A stretch of 64,000 nt of DNA from assembly GCA_951406725.2 (NCBI GenBank), contig OX597822.1, positions 50,220,001 to 50,284,000 on the forward strand, in the 5' to 3' direction. Shown piece after piece: positions 1 through 11,800 of the stretch. The notes under the pieces were generated by a model. That model saw only the letters and a program-made list of their open reading frames with translations. It was not told the origin of the DNA and did no database searches. The first letter of the stretch is position 1. Each line of letters begins with the position of its first letter. Origin of the DNA: Octopus vulgaris. Taxonomy: Eukaryota. The translations under genes and the position numbers were made by a program.

Positions 1-289
1 GGATGAAAGGCAAAGTCGACCTCGGCGGAATTTGAACTCACAACGTAACGGCAGCCGAAATACCTATTTCTTTACTACCCACAAGGGGCTAAACACAGAG
101 AAGACAAAGGACAGACAAACGGATTAAGTCGATTATATCGACCCCAGTGCGTAACTGGTACTTATTTAATCGACCCCGAAAGGATGAAAGGCAAAGTCGA
201 CCTCGGCGGAATTTGAACTCACAACGTAACGGCAGCCGAAATACCGCTAAGCATTTCACCCGACGTGCTAACGATTCTGCTAGCTCGCC
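1..289 (-). mobile_element. tRNA-derived SINE (family A), one full copy plus a head-truncated tandem copy running off the window edge
   Basis: Minus strand reads GGCGAGCTAGCAGAATCGTTAGCAC (A-box-like) ... GAGTTCAAATTCC (B-box) ... GTCGACTTTGCCTTTCATCCTTTCGGGGTCGA. Bases 1-63 repeat at 182-244 (period 181). Decayed copies recur in the window. Confidence 0.85.
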
Positions 290-2481
290 GACATACTCTA
301 TACCGGGAGAAAGAGCACCTGAACCATTGTATAGCCACACTACCAAATATCTTATGAAATGCCAAACAATTCCATCCGGATAGAAAATATTTGGTCTCGA
401 CATTCTCTGTCTTTACCGAATATAAACCAGCCTAATTTAATTTTTATTCTTATTCAAAATACACGGTAAAACGACCTTCAACTATTTCAAAAGCTATTTC
501 AACAATTTCGAACGGCCCCATCTGTTTTTTTCCTACCGAACTCTACAAAACTTTATCATTAACTTTTGCTAACCGACTTCAATTTTTAATTGTAACTTTC
601 TAAATTATAATTTATAATTTTAAACGCATGTCCACAGAGAAATTCATTATCATAATTCGTGTACATCTGAAGTCTTTGCAAGCTCTACTTATTATCCAAT
701 TTACGTCTTATAATTTCTATTCTTATAACACTGATCATTTTGTTCGGCTTACCTTATATTTGCTAATTTGTACTTTATAAAATATGTGTATAAACACTTG
801 CTGTTTTGTACTTTATTAAATGTGTGTATAAATATTTGCCGTTTTGCATTTTATAAAATGTGTAAGGTACATCCAAATGAATGATATCACCTAACAAAAT
901 GTATTTTAGCTTTATTTACGATTTAATATTTCGTTTAAATTTATTTTATTTTTTTATCACTTCCGTTTATGGATGCGCTAACTTAATTTTTCCAGTCGTT
1001 CTCTTACTTTCATATATTTAACACATTGGTCTCTTACCTACGAATGAATAAAGCAAGTGTGTTGTGTGTATATGTATGTATTTTACAGGCATTTATAAGA
1101 ATCTATAAATATTCGGTGTGCGGCTTTGGGAGTGTATGTGTCTTTGTGTGTGCATAAGTATATTTGTTTCTATGTATGTGCATATATATGTATGTGTATG
1201 CACGTATATATATATACTTATTTAATACTTATTGCCATGTATAGATGTCCTTATATTCCTTCTATACATTTATTATACGATGCTTTACTACCGCTCTATA
1301 ATCTCTCACTAGTCTGCTTCTTCGGTATTGATTCGCTACAACTATATTCACAAGAAGATCATCCAACTTACCCACCGTTCCCGGTTTTATAAACCATACC
1401 AGTTGCTTCTCTCTTTCTCTCTCCTCTTTCCCCGCAATTCTTGGTTCCTCTTCCTTTATTTTCTATTTCCTCTCCCTACAGCCACAGTCTAATAACGCTT
1501 TCGTTATTTCTTCCCTTTTCTTTACCTTTTTTCTTTCTTGCAATTGCGAATTTATATTCATGTATGTACACCGTAGATGTATGTACACGCGTATGCATAC
1601 GCAAATATATTTGCACTCATCTGTATATGTACACACATATATGTGCATTTTATGTGCTTGTAATATCAATGGATGTGTCTATGTGTTATGTGTGTGTGTG
1701 TGTATGTGTATGAGCACATTATTATGTTTCTGTGTACTCATATATACGTATCTATATCTATATATAAGTATATATGTCCATATATGTTTTTAAGTATATA
1801 TTTATATTTGTACACTGTAAGATCGTTATTGACCTTATTTATTTTTAATCTCATGTTCTTCCAATCTCATTACGAAATATTAATTATTAATTATTTATTT
1901 TCTGCATATTCCCCATATTTCACGCAAGGTTATTTTTTCGATCTCATATTTATTTTTATACTTTACTGCATATTTTCACATACCCTTACATGTAACGAAA
2001 ATTACAATGTTATATTTTGAAAACCTGCCACCCAATCAAATTTAAATGCTTATTCGTTGATTTGAGTTACATTACATATAACTATATTTTTAATGTACAA
2101 TCACGATTTCAATTCATTCTTCATCACAACTTTCCAACGAACGGGAATTTGGAAATTTTGCAGTTTTAATAAATGACATTATTTAAATAGACATGACTCC
2201 AAGAACAAAAACACATTGCGAAATGATTATTAACACCATACCTTTGTAATTCTAACGTCATTCTAGTTGTTATATAAGCTAATGACGAGTGCTTTCTGAC
2301 AACTCACATTTTCTAATATGAATTAGTACGAAACAATTGTATAACAACATGAGTAATAAAAACTATTCATTTTAACATCTAATCCCCTCCATTTGCATAA
2401 ATATAAATGAATATGTTGGACTCTGTTCAATAAGTTAAATGAAATACTTAATATGTCTACACACAAACATACACACACATA

Positions 2482-3349
2482 GGGGTCTGATCAATAACTA
2501 TCATGACTATTACCATAGTAACGAAGTTAATGGACGCATGATAAAGTCGCTGGGCAGAAATCGACTTTGAGCTCTGATAAACATGCGCACTACGTTTTAA
2601 CGTTCTAACTCACTTCCGCTGTTTACAGCAGTGTTTGGAAGGAATGTGTGTAACGTGTAATCGTCGCATTGAACATGGCACAGAAAGCTGAGCCGAGAAT
2701 CTGTCTAAACTGTTGCCAAAAGTTTGGCGATACCTGCTCAGTGGCCTACGCAAAGTTTTCAAAAAGTTTTTATCGTTCTCAATACAATCAAGGAGAACTT
2801 TCACAACTGAAACCCGGGTGTCTTTTTGGTCAGCTAAAAGCACCTTTGACTCAAACTTGGCAGACACGCTTCTCATACCCAAATCTTCAGTGATGATGGC
2901 CTGAACTGAACCGCAACTAATCTGCACATACTCGACGATTTCTACTCACAGCTGCAAGTACATCTGCGATGTTTTTCTCAGTTCTGCTGGTTACGGGTCT
3001 CCCAGAAGGTTTTTACAATCGACATTTTTTCAACGATAGTGAAACATCTGAGTCACTCGTACACTTGTGTGCTGCTCATACACCTCTATCCATACACTTT
3101 CTGCATATTTGCGTTGCCCTCTGATCGAATATCGCCATGACAACTTTCTCTCTCATGGTCAGTTTGATGATCACACGCCACACACTTCATTCCAAGCACT
3201 GCTGTAAACAACAGAAGTGAACTACAACTTTAAAACTCGGTGTGCATGTACATCAGTGTTCCTGGTCAGTCTTTGGCCAGCAGGTTTACTCTGCGTCCTT
3301 TAGCTTCGCTACTATGGGAAAGATTCGGATACTTATTGATCAGACAATG
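2482..3349. mobile_element. Foldback (5'-5') non-autonomous mariner derivative
   Basis: Termini GTCTGATCAATAA / TTATTGATCAGAC with about 180 bp imperfect inverted arms. The + strand encodes a mariner N-terminus (MAQKAEPRICLNCCQKFG). The - strand encodes ISCGSVQAIITEDLGMRSVSAKFESKVL...ENDKNFLKT (region of the mariner WVPHEL-equivalent motif). Confidence 0.85.
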
Positions 3350-3381
3350 TATGTATGTATGTATGTATGTATGTATGTATG

Positions 3382-3432
<51 letters not shown>

Positions 3433-3453
3433 ATATATATATATATATATATA
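3347..3453. repeat. Compound microsatellite (ATGT)n(ATCT)n(AT)n, representative of dozens of (AT)n/(AC)n/(ATGT)n tracts in the window
   Basis: Directly visible. Confidence 0.95.
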
Positions 3454-3835
3454 TCTTATGATGAAAGGCATATTTTTCTCTGCCTGTTCCCATGTTCCTT
3501 TTTAATACAATTCTACAATATAGAATTTCTTCAATTGGAACTTACCTATGATTTTTCGAAGTAGATTCGATTGGGTCATGGCATAAAAGTTTTTTCAATT
3601 TGACACCCAATTAAGCAAAAATTCGAGAAAACTCAATATTTTACGATTTGCCTTTCTCATTTCAAGTGGTTTACTCCTGCTATTACCACCACATTTTCTC
3701 CCACTTTCTCTTTGCAAGTGTGAAACTATTAAAGTGAAAGTATTATATAACAGGGATGAGCCATCAATAGTGGTCATCCGTTTTGCTAGAGGAAGATCTG
3801 CTATGGTCTTATATGCTACACCACTGGTTTTCAAT
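3453..3835 (+). mobile_element. Possible Helitron 5' segment
   Basis: Starts TC...AAAGGCA right after an AT tract, resembling the TCTATCTACATGTATAAAAGGCA start near 22634. Lies upstream of the Helitron helicase. Inference only. Confidence 0.35.
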
Positions 3836-4516
3836 TCATATTAATCAAATTAATATTCAATTTTTCACCCTTATTATATGTGTGTGTGTATTAGCAATTA
3901 GTATAAAATTGCATCAATGACTTGAACTTGAATAAGTGGTTTCACATAAATGGGGATAAATTAAAAAGGTTTGTTGTTATTACTAATACTGTTTGACTAT
4001 TGTAGTCACGTTTGTTGGTTCCTCGTCAGGGAAACGTTGTTGTGTTGCATTTGTTAAATAATTGTAAACCGTAAACCTCCCCCTTTCGGAGAAGGGGCTT
4101 TGGTTATTATTTAAAAATTGAATTGCGTCCCTGATTGAGGAAATTGACAATATTTTCACCGTCTTTACGGAAGCATTTTTGTGAAAATGCCTTCGATAGA
4201 AGAAAGTCCAAAAATGAATTTCGCTGAAATGATCAAACTTTAAACCTTAATAACTTTTTTTTGAAATTTTCTATACAAGAGGGAGGACAAGATCCAATTG
4301 ATCGAAATTGCAAGAGACGGGCCTACAATTCCAGTCTATTATATATTTTGACTATTGTTATCAGTAGCGATATCAAGATATAACTTTGTATTTTGTATTT
4401 TATGTGTAGATGTATATATATAGATGTACATGTAATATGTACACATATATATACACATATATACATGCATAATATATCTACCGATACACACATACGCGCG
4501 CACACACACATACATA

Positions 4517-4652
4517 GGGGCAGGTCTGGCTGTATGGTAACAAAGTACGTTCCAAACACATTGTCCTGGGTTCAGTCCAACTGTGTGGTGTTCTTGGCAT
4601 GTGTCTTCTGCTGTAGCTTCAGACCAACAAAAGCCTTCTCAGTGGATTTTGT
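4517..4652 (+). mobile_element. SINE family B, decayed 5' half
   Basis: Aligns by eye to the head of the young copy at 42004 (GGCAGGTCTGGCTGTATGGTAA...GGGTTCAGTCC...GTGTCTTCTGCTGTAGC). Confidence 0.75.
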
Positions 4653-4794
4653 ACATATATACAGACATACATACATATATATACATGCATACGCACATAT
4701 TCGGCATAAACACTCTACCACTACAACTAATAACTGTTGGGAACACTTTCAAACCTGCCTTACATTCGAACCCGAATCTCAAAAACATTGTCCC

Positions 4795-6399
4795 CTTCAG
4801 CGCCAAGCTCAACTGCTCTATCCTGACATGGAGGGTATCAGCAATGAAATCTATAACAAAACACTCATTGACGTTGAATACAGAATTGCTAAACTGGGTG
4901 GAAATGAATTGTCGACGTATGGCCTGCCACAAGCATTCAGGTCAGGGTCAAATAGCCTTCCCACTGCTGTTATTCGTGAAACAACCTACGACACTCAAGC
5001 GCTTTCAAAGTACATTGTTGAAAATGAGCCTAAATTACTTCCAGACAAGCTGCAGGCTTACAGAACTATTCTTAACAGTGTACGCCAATGCGAGGGACGA
5101 ATCTTCTTTCTCGATGCTCCTGGAGGGACAGGAAAAACATTTATTACAAAGCTTCTCCTTGCAAAAGTTAGGTAGCATCAGGACATTGCAGTAGCTGTAG
5201 CCTCCTCTGGCATTGCAGCTACTTTGTTACCCGGTGGCAGGACAGCACACTCAACTTTTAAACTCCCTCTCAATTTAGCAGCATCCGAAATGCCTTCATG
5301 CAACATCAACAAAAGCTCAGATCAGGGACAAGTACTTAAAATGTGTTATGTAATTGTCTGAGATGAGTGCACTATGGCTCACAGGGGCGCTTTGGAAGCA
5401 TTAGATAGAGCCCTGAAAGACATCCGAGACTGTCAGGCTCCAATGGGTTGTGTAACGCTTCTGTTGTCAGGTGATTTCAGGCAAACTCTTCCTGTCATTC
5501 CGAAAGGCACTAGAGCTGATGAAGTTCAAGCATGTCTAAAGTCCTCTCCCCTGTGGCATCATGTTACAATCTTTAGTCTTACCACTAACATGAGAGCTCA
5601 GCTACACGGTGACAAAATGTCCACAAAGTTTGCACAGGACATTTTGACACTTGGTGAAGGCAAGATGCATCTAGATGCTGCAAAACAAATGGAAGTGTGG
5701 TCATTTTCCTCTGTTGTTAATTCTGTAGATGACCTCAAAAACAAAATCTTTCCCAACTTCACACAAAACTACCAAAATCACAATTGGCTGTGTGAAAGAG
5801 CAATATTAGCTCCAAAAAACGTCGCTGTTAACAAAATTAATCAACAGCTAATGCATTCTCTTCCAGGCACTATATACACTTACAAGTCTGTTGATACAAT
5901 TCCAGATATAAATGAAGTTGTGAACTATCCTCCTGAATTTCTCAATTCACTGGAGCCTCTTCAACTACCTCCACACATATTACCACTTAAAGTTGGAACA
6001 CCTGTAATGCTACTCCGCAATATGGAACCACCAAGACTTTGCAATGGAACACGACTGGCGATAAAGAAAATGATATCACACGTTATCGAGGCGATCATTC
6101 TTTCTGGATGTGGAAAAGGTGATGACGTCTTTATTCCAAGATTTCCTCTTACTCCATCACGAGCAGAAATTCCATTTACATTCAGAAGACTACAATTCCC
6201 CCTTCGTGTCAGCTTTGCCATGTCCATTAACAAATCTCAGGGTCAAACCCTCTCTGTAGCTGGTCTTCTCTTGGAAAAGCCCTGCTTCTCGCATAGGCAA
6301 ATGTATGCTGGCTGCTGAAGAGTAGGAACCAAAAGAAACCTTTTTGTATATGCTCCGCAAGGAAAAACAAGGAACATTGTTTACAACGAGGTGTTATAA
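4795..6399 (+). pseudogene. Helitron RepHel PIF1-family helicase domain (pseudogene, Rep domain absent)
   Basis: Motifs FFLDAPGGTGKTF (Walker A), VAVASSGIAATLLPGGRTAHS, V*DEC, LSGDFRQTLPV, LCNGTRL and QFPLRVSFAMSINKSQGQTL. One reading frame with in-frame stops at 5173, 5359 and 6316; natural stop at 6399. Confidence 0.95.
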
Positions 6400-6495
6400 T
6401 CTCAACAGCCAGGAGGTATATACATGATCCCCCTTTTTTTAACAAACTTCATGTACTTTCATGTATTTATATTAATATACATATATTTGTGTTTG

Positions 6496-6536
<41 letters not shown>

Positions 6537-6587
6537 CCATATATAAATATATATATAACAGAAAAGTCTAATTCTTCTATTGAATGT

Positions 6588-6616
6588 AACCGGGCAACGC
6601 CGAGTATCTCTGCTAG
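6588..6616 (+). mobile_element. Helitron 3' terminus (subterminal hairpin + CTAG)
   Basis: CCGGGCAACGCCGAG hairpin, then CTAG (6613-6616) followed by T, about 200 bp after the helicase stop. Confidence 0.85.
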
Positions 6617-6642
<26 letters not shown>

Positions 6643-6649
<7 letters not shown>

Positions 6650-6878
6650 GTGTTTAGCAACAAGTTGCTTCACCACATACCAAAAATGTAGAAATTGCAG
6701 CCAAAAGATTAATCGAGACTCTTTGATTTCGTTATTTCTTCTTCTTTTTGCCTATGTGAGTTACAAATATTGTTGCCTGTGGAGTCGTATTTGCAGGAAA
6801 AAGAATTAGCTGCCGTTTGGCTGCTATTTCTAAATTTTCGGTATGTGGCGAAACAACTTGTTGCTAAACCCTTAATTA
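6643..6878. mobile_element. MITE with about 60 bp terminal inverted repeats
   Basis: TAATTAAGTGTTTAGCAACAAGTTG... versus ...CAACTTGTTGCTAAACCCTTAATTA. Confidence 0.8.
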
Positions 6879-7136
6879 TATTTATAATTATATATAAAAA
6901 AATACTTTTTGTACAAGTTTTTACCGATAATGGTTTTGTTTCCATACTGAAAATTACTTGGTAACATTTATTAATTATCAAATTAATAATTCTTTACCCT
7001 ACATCTGTAATGTATATATCACGTGATCACGTGACCGACCAGTCCATCAGATGTTGTTACATATCGCTGGTCACACTGCGTTCGCATTGTTTTAGACTTC
7101 GAATGACACTACCCCGCTGGCTAAGCGAGCAGGCCA

Positions 7137-7207
<71 letters not shown>

Positions 7208-7419
7208 TAGTAAAACCTCGCTCTGAGGAATTTCTATATATTTCTATACATTCTATATAACTCTTCGTGGAAATAATTTATTTCCTATTCCCTCTTTTAA
7301 CTAGTTATCAGTTTCTCAACAATATGCGATGTAAATTTTCCTGTCTTCTATTCGTGATAAAGACGGTTGTTTATGCTGAATAAAACCTTTGGACCACCGC
7401 GACAACTTCAGTTGGCCTA

Positions 7420-7960
7420 GGCGTAGTTCTGTGATAAGAAGCTTGCTTCCTTAGAACATAATTCAGAGATCAGTCCCACTATATGACACCTTGGGTTAGT
7501 GACTTCTACTCTAGTCCCTTGCTGACTAAAGTGGATTTGGTACATGGCAACTGAAAGAAGTCTATCGTTTATACATATATGTGTGTGTTTATGTGAGCGT
7601 GCGTATGTGCGCGTGCGTGTGTGTCTGTATGTGTGTATGTATACATGTGTGTGTATGGCTGTGGAACTCGGTCTTCGTGTGAGTGTGTATGTGTGTGTGT
7701 GTGAGTGAGTTCTCTTTGTGCTTGTGTTTGTCCCCTACGACTACTTCCAAACTGGTGTTGGTTTGCTTACATTGCTAACGGTTCGGCAGAAAGAAACGAT
7801 GAAGAAAATAAGGATTTGATTCGATTTATTCTTGTATTCTTTTATTCTTTTATTATTTCAGTCATTTAACTGTCGCCATGCTGGAGCATGGCCCTGATTT
7901 GTTTATCTAAACCATCGAAGTCAGTGTCCCAGTATGACCGCAATCTAATGAGTGAAATAA
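7420..7960 (+). mobile_element. SINE family B, old copy with internal (GT)n plus an inverted tail fragment
   Basis: Decayed head (AAGAAGCTTGCTTCC...CAGTCCCACT...CACCTTGGG), central GT tract, and 3' motifs (CGGTTCGGCAGAAAG, CCAGTATGACCGCA). Confidence 0.7.
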
Positions 7961-9235
7961 ATATAATATAAATAACCATGAAAGACATGCCGATGCACTC
8001 CACCAGAAGAAGTCATTTAGGGTAGTGTTTGATCATCAATTCTATTCTGTATTCTGTTGGTGTTTCTGGGATCTATATAAAACGTAAGGCATAATATTGG
8101 TACAATGAACTAATGTAATATCTTGTTATACTAACAAAATATTTTGTATAACTTTTAAAAGACAGCCTACAAATTTGAATGTAAGTAATTTCTATCTGGC
8201 CTTGCAATCCTTGGAACTAGCTCTTAGTTCGAATATAAAGGCATGCTGTTTCCTGGAAAGTGATGTTTACTCTGAGGCGCGAAGTATGTCGGTTACTGAA
8301 TAACGTTCTGTAGTGAACTAGCGTTCACAAAGCTGAACTTAGTAATCTTACACCTTAACCGATTATGCACTCGACATCTACTACAAGCATGAACGACATC
8401 CATAACATGCAGTTATGTATTATCATATTTTGTAGTTTTCCGGTCGCGTATCAATGCAAATATATTAATGCAGCGAACACAATGTGAAACATATTGGGCA
8501 CCAACTAAACTAAGCAACATATAAGATTATTAAAATAAATCACTGACAACATATTTCAATCATTCAAATTGGTTTGACTTTTGGAGGAATGCGATAATCA
8601 AAACAGTTGGCATTGAAACAATGCACCTATTGTATTTCTGTTTGCTTTAGGATGTTACAGAGAGCATTCAATGATCGATAATTACAAAAGAGTAAAAAAA
8701 TAATAACCATCAGGTGTGCTCGTAATAAAATAGTACAACAAATGACGTACACAAAGGAAGCATATTAAAAGGCTTTTCAATGTTCATTCACAATAATTTT
8801 ATACAAATTAAAATATAATTTTAATTTGTATGTTCACATTTTCATTTCGTTTGAACTCAAACGAAAGCAACAACAAATGTATTAACAAAAACAACAGCAA
8901 CAGCAGCAAAAAAAAAAGCAAAAACAACAGAACAACAGAAACACCAATAGCAACAGAAGCAACAACAAAAAAATAATGATTTGATCTGCATCAGTGGCAG
9001 CAGATAAAAAGAAGATTAAAAAGATAATTTACAATTGGGGTGTGGCCTATATGCAAAAATATATGACGAGCTCTAAGGTAGGGGAGAAACGAAAAGTGTA
9101 CATCGTATATACTGTATAAGATGACATGAATGGTGCATTACCCTTGAAGCAAAAATGTCTAGGACTTGGGTCAATGATGGAAGCTTAGAGATCTAGGATC
9201 ACCAAAAGCGCAAGCCCAAGTTCAGTTGTTGCTCT

Positions 9236-9416
<181 letters not shown>

Positions 9417-9419
9417 AAA

Positions 9420-10408
9420 GCGTTTCAACAATTGTCTGACAGGTGGGAACAAACATTTTTGCATGCTAAATATGTGGCCCATAGCAAACAAGATCAGAAG
9501 CACACCCATCAGTGCCCTCGAAGCTCGGGAACAAAGGCAGAGCGTGAAGGCTTTATTACAGCTGCTCAAGGTCAGAGCTTAGTTACCAGGAACTAACAAA
9601 CCAATGTAATGAAAAATAGAGTAGACCTAAACTGCTGATACAGCAACGATGAGATTGAAACAGGGGATTACCTAATGTCTGGGTGTAATGTTTTATCACC
9701 TATAGAGTAAGTATCAAAACATGAGAGAGTTGGCCAATATCTCTCTACACTTGATAATATGTCGGCATTATAAAATGAAAACTGCTGACAAATGGTACAG
9801 GCACCACACCGAGGCTGTAACTGAGGGAGAAAATGTAACGATCGTTTGGAGATTTCCAGTATGAACAGACCGGACCATCAAAGCAAATAAACCAGATATT
9901 GTTGTGAAAGAGAAAAATAATAAAATCAGTATATTGATTGACATGAGCATAGCTTGTGATCATAATATCTCGGCAAAAGAGTTTCATAAGCGCAGAAAAT
10001 ATAAAGATGTGCTGATTGAAATCGAAAAAGACGGTTACGACAGCAGTGATTGTAGGAGCACATGGAATGTTCAATATAAAGAACTTAAAATGTTGAGGAT
10101 GGTTGCTGGTTCAGCATCCATGCAGGAAGTCCAAAAGATTGTCTTAACTGCTACGTACTGAGAAGAGCATTTTCGCAGTGAATTTTCTCTCCTTTTCCCC
10201 CTTAATTTTTATTGATTTCTTTTTATCATTATTTTCTTTTTTTATTCTTTCGTTTTGTCATTCTTCCCATTTTTTTTCTAACACATGATATATAACGGAC
10301 TAATCTTGTGTGTTTATTTTAATGATCTGAAAATGCATACAGTGAGTTACTTTGTCCTAGGTGTTAAGAAGACATTCGGCAAGAAATGGAAACAAAATTG
10401 AGAAACGA
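9420..10408 (+). mobile_element. 5'-truncated R4/Dong-like non-LTR retrotransposon (zinc knuckle + restriction-like endonuclease + 3' UTR)
   Basis: Decayed translation EGFITAAQGQSL, DYLMSGC, TDRTIKANKPDIVV...ILIDMSIACDHNISAKE, QEVQKIVL. Same subfamily as 35908-37948. (TAA)n on both sides. Confidence 0.85.
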
Positions 10409-10446
10409 CGATAATAATAACAACAACAACAATAATATTAATAATG

Positions 10447-10520
<74 letters not shown>

Positions 10521-11800
10521 TGAGATGAAGGTAATCCAACCGATTATAAATACCTGGGAATATTTGAGGCTGATGGAATTAAACACAATGACATGAAAAA
10601 AAAGACGAAACGAGAGTACAAAAGAGAGAGAAATATTGGCTTCAGAGCTGAATGCTAGAAACATAATAAACTCGCTCAGTTGCAGTAGTTTGGTATGATG
10701 CTGGAATCTTGAAGTGGACAGAGGAGGAGCTAAAGGAGATGGACAGGAAGTCAAGAAATATCCTAATGGTGCAAGGAGCCTATCATCCACGTGCAAACAC
10801 TGATATCCTATACATGAAGAGAGCAAATAAAGGAAGTGGATGGCTGAGTGTTGAAAACTGCTTATGTATCGAACGCAAGGTCTTAATGAGATATCTGCTC
10901 AAAGTAACGAAATCTTGCTAGTGTCAGTTAGGAACGCGGGAACATTGAAAGCAGAGATAATAGGAAAAAACAAAGAAAGAGATCCAAAAAGGGCATGAAG
11001 AATTACGCAAGAAGGGACTACAGAATCAATTCAATATAGCCACAAGAAAAGTCGCTGGGAAAAATAGGTGGGATTGGCTGAAGAAAGGAACACTTAAAAA
11101 AGAGACCGACAGCATTGATACTGGCAGAGCAAGACTAAGATTTGGCAACGGACTGGCGGGTCAACCTTAGGAATAAGCAAGTGTCTCCGCTATGCCGCAT
11201 CTGTGATAGAGTGGATGAAACCATTGCCGATATCACGAACGAATGCCCAAAACCACTACATGTTATGACACAATCAGGTAGCGAAAGTGCCATATTCGAA
11301 ACTGTGCGAAACGGAGGCCAGAGAGAGGCATAGCGTGTTGTGAGCACAATCCACAAATAGTGATGGAGTCGGAGACTAGCAAAATCCGCTGTGATTTTCC
11401 AATCCAAATAGATCAGGTACTACTGCGTAACAGATCGTAACTAGTGGTAGTCGACAAGATGTACCGCATATACTATATAGGTGATGTTGACACAAGACTA
11501 GTTAAGAAGCAAGGTGGAGAGATAGATAAATACAAACATTTTAAGTAAGAAATAGCCCAGATATGGTAAAGGAAGAAAGTGAAGATAGTGCCAATTATTG
11601 CTAGGTCCTATGGGGACAGTATGAGAAGGCATCAAAAGGAATATAAAGGAAATTGGAATAGAGTGCACTGTAGTACTGTTACAAAAGGTTTGCAGCCTAA
11701 GTATTAGATGGCTGAAAAGAACGAATAACATGGTACAGTAGGCTGCAGATGGCAAGCTCACCACGCATTCAAGGCTCCAGGAGTCCCAACAAAACCTGTG
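10521..11800 (+). mobile_element. R4/Dong-like retrotransposon, second subfamily (RT thumb, CCHC, RLE), decayed
   Basis: YKYLGIFEADGI, KWTEEELKEMDRKSR...HPRANTDILY, WDWLKKGTLKKET, PLCRICDRVDETIADITNEC. Flanked by (TAA)n. Confidence 0.85.

Noticed and set aside
4393-4794. N-terminal half of the 260 aa ORF
   Set aside because: It runs through microsatellite and SINE sequence; helicase similarity starts only near 4795.
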